From Entomortierella parvispora E1425 (Eukaryota; Fungi; Mortierellomycota): a stretch of 64,000 nt of DNA. Below, one piece after another: positions 62,390 through 64,000 of this stretch. The stretch lies in the NCBI GenBank assembly GCA_020891255.1, contig BQFW01000008.1, positions 992,001 through 1,056,000 of the forward strand. Direction: 5' to 3'. The position numbers and the translations under genes are program-made. The first letter of the stretch is position 1. Every line of letters begins with the position of its first letter. The notes under the pieces were generated by a model. It had not been told where the DNA came from, did no database searches, and saw only the letters and a program-made list of their open reading frames with translations.

Positions 62390-63513
62390 TTAGTTGTTGG
62401 CAGCACGACGACGATCGCGCTCCTCGGCAATGGTCAAAGCGACACCCTTGCCCTTGGGGAGGGAGATCCAGGGCTTGTTGCCCTCACCAATGACGAAAAC
62501 GTTGGAGAGACGGGTGGCGAACTGGCGGTCGAGGACATCCTTGATGTGGACGATGTCGAAACCTCCGACGTGACGCTCACGGTGGGTGATGACACCGACA
62601 CGGCCAGTGTTACGACCTCCGGTGACCATGGCAACGTTACCGACCTCGAACTTGACGAACTCGTTGAACTTGCCAGTCTCCAAGTCGAGCTTGACGGTGT
62701 CGTTGACCTTGATCAAGGGATCGGGGTAACGAAGGGTGCGGCCATCGTGGGTGACAACGAAGGGGATGCCCTTGGCACCGAGCTGAACCTTCTTGACCTT
62801 GCACAACTTGTACTTGGCCTCCTCGGCAGTGATACGGTGGACGGTGAAGCGACCCTTGGTATCGTAGACGAGACGGAAGTTCTCACCGGTCTTCTCAATG
62901 GAGATAGCATCCATGAATCCAGCGGGGAAGGTGGAATCAGTGCGGACCTTGCCATCAACCTTGACGAGACGCTGCATAAGGATGGACTGAACCTCCTTAC
63001 CGTTGAGTGCGTACTTCAGACGGTTGCGCATCAAGATGACCAAAGGCAAGCACTCACGGAGCTTGTGAGGACCAGCAGTGGGGCGGGGGGCCTACATAGA
63101 TCAAAAGAACGACGTTGAACTGGTTGAGTATATGAAGCTGAAGATGTACAGGACACTGGAAAGGTATTTTCATAAAAGTAAGGTTCTTTGGTGTCGTCGT
63201 TGATAGCATCGAGGTTGTAAAGATCATCATCCTGTTCTGATATTGCTGAGTGGCATAAAAAAAACACCAACAAGGAAGTCGTGGAGCCAACGATAGCGAA
63301 GGTCGTGCAATCATCAATAGTTTCCAGGGCTCTGTATAGATGTCCAGTTGGAGGTCCATATCCAATCTCATTGTTGTATCCGTGTTCGTTCAGTGTAAGT
63401 TTCCAGACAAATAAGTAGGGCAGTCAAAAACATACATAGGTGCCGGTAAGCTTGTCAAGCATCCAGTGCTTGGGGGCGTTAAGACGCTTCAAGTGCTTCT
63501 TGGGTCCACGAGC
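62390..63513 (-). CDS. RPS4: 40S ribosomal protein S4 (eS4); exons 63436-63513 and 62390-63091; ATG exon not found (probably beyond window end)
   Basis: [26 protein letters not shown]|[17 protein letters not shown]...[15 protein letters not shown]...[12 protein letters not shown]...[10 protein letters not shown]. Confidence 0.98.
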
Positions 63514-63813
63514 CTAGATTGTCCATCAAGAGTAACAAGGCGATATAACAGTTAGGTGATGTCTCTCATCTTTCCCAGATTTCATTCCTCTTTGCGTTGA
63601 CGACTCCATGAGTAACTCCAGATCCAGTGTCTGCAAAAAAAAAAAAAGTCCTGCTGAGCATGAGCCGGATTTCACTCCTTGGAGAGATCAAAATCTACGT
63701 GCCGACAACAGTCTCTATTGCGACGGTCCTGCCAAAACATTGTTTGGTGGACTGTAGACTGAAGAACTGGATGATCGCATCTACAATGGGTCTATCGAGG
63801 TAATCGCCCATGT

Positions 63814-63975
63814 GTTGGAATCTAGTGCTGGAATCTGGTGCTGGAATCTGATGCAAGATGAGATCTCTGTTCCGTCCGAAATCAAAGTCATCCAGAAAAA
63901 GTAGCAGGGGTTGGGCTTGCGGGTAGTCTCCACTGCTGTCCTGATTGATGGATCGATGGATCGATGGATCGATGT
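63814..63975. repeat. Short tandem repeats (about 13-bp GCTGGAATCTGGT-like x3 and GATGGATC x3) in the RPS4 upstream intron
   Basis: Direct reading. Confidence 0.6.
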
Positions 63976-64000
63976 CCTTGAGGCGATGATGGATGCATGG

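Noticed and set aside
62198-63118. 306-aa plus-strand ORF antisense to RPS4
   Set aside because: Same codon-bias shadow effect

Overview
Eukaryotic, intron-containing fungal genomic DNA. GT-AG introns with ctaac/ctgac branch sites, CT-rich leaders and the gene families present suggest Mucoromycota, most likely Mortierellaceae (inference). No CRISPR array, rRNA or intact transposon was seen. Gene order: STE24 (3' part), mitochondrial SSB, single-pass receptor-like protein, chitin-synthase-like gene with degenerate catalytic motifs, bHLH factor, tandem array of four intact plus one decayed UNC-93/NGT1-NOPE1-family MFS transporters, HAD sugar phosphatase, FHA-forkhead factor, PKA regulatory subunit, small RGS protein, about 7 kb gene-poor stretch, RKI1, tRNA-Glu(CTC), second receptor-like protein, 4E-T/Eap1-like eIF4E-binding protein head-to-head with eIF4E, UBC8, RPS4 (first exon not found). 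Best leads: (1) eIF4E and a putative eIF4E-binding repressor share an 833-bp divergent promoter with central CRE and E-box palindromes; (2) the transporter array alternates two loop types on mosaic backbones and sits next to a DOG/GPP-like phosphatase, a possible amino-sugar uptake/detox module; (3) a likely pseudoenzyme chitin synthase; (4) RKI1 with an in-frame mitochondrial-type presequence. All exon boundaries were read manually and family assignments come from recalled motifs, not database searches.
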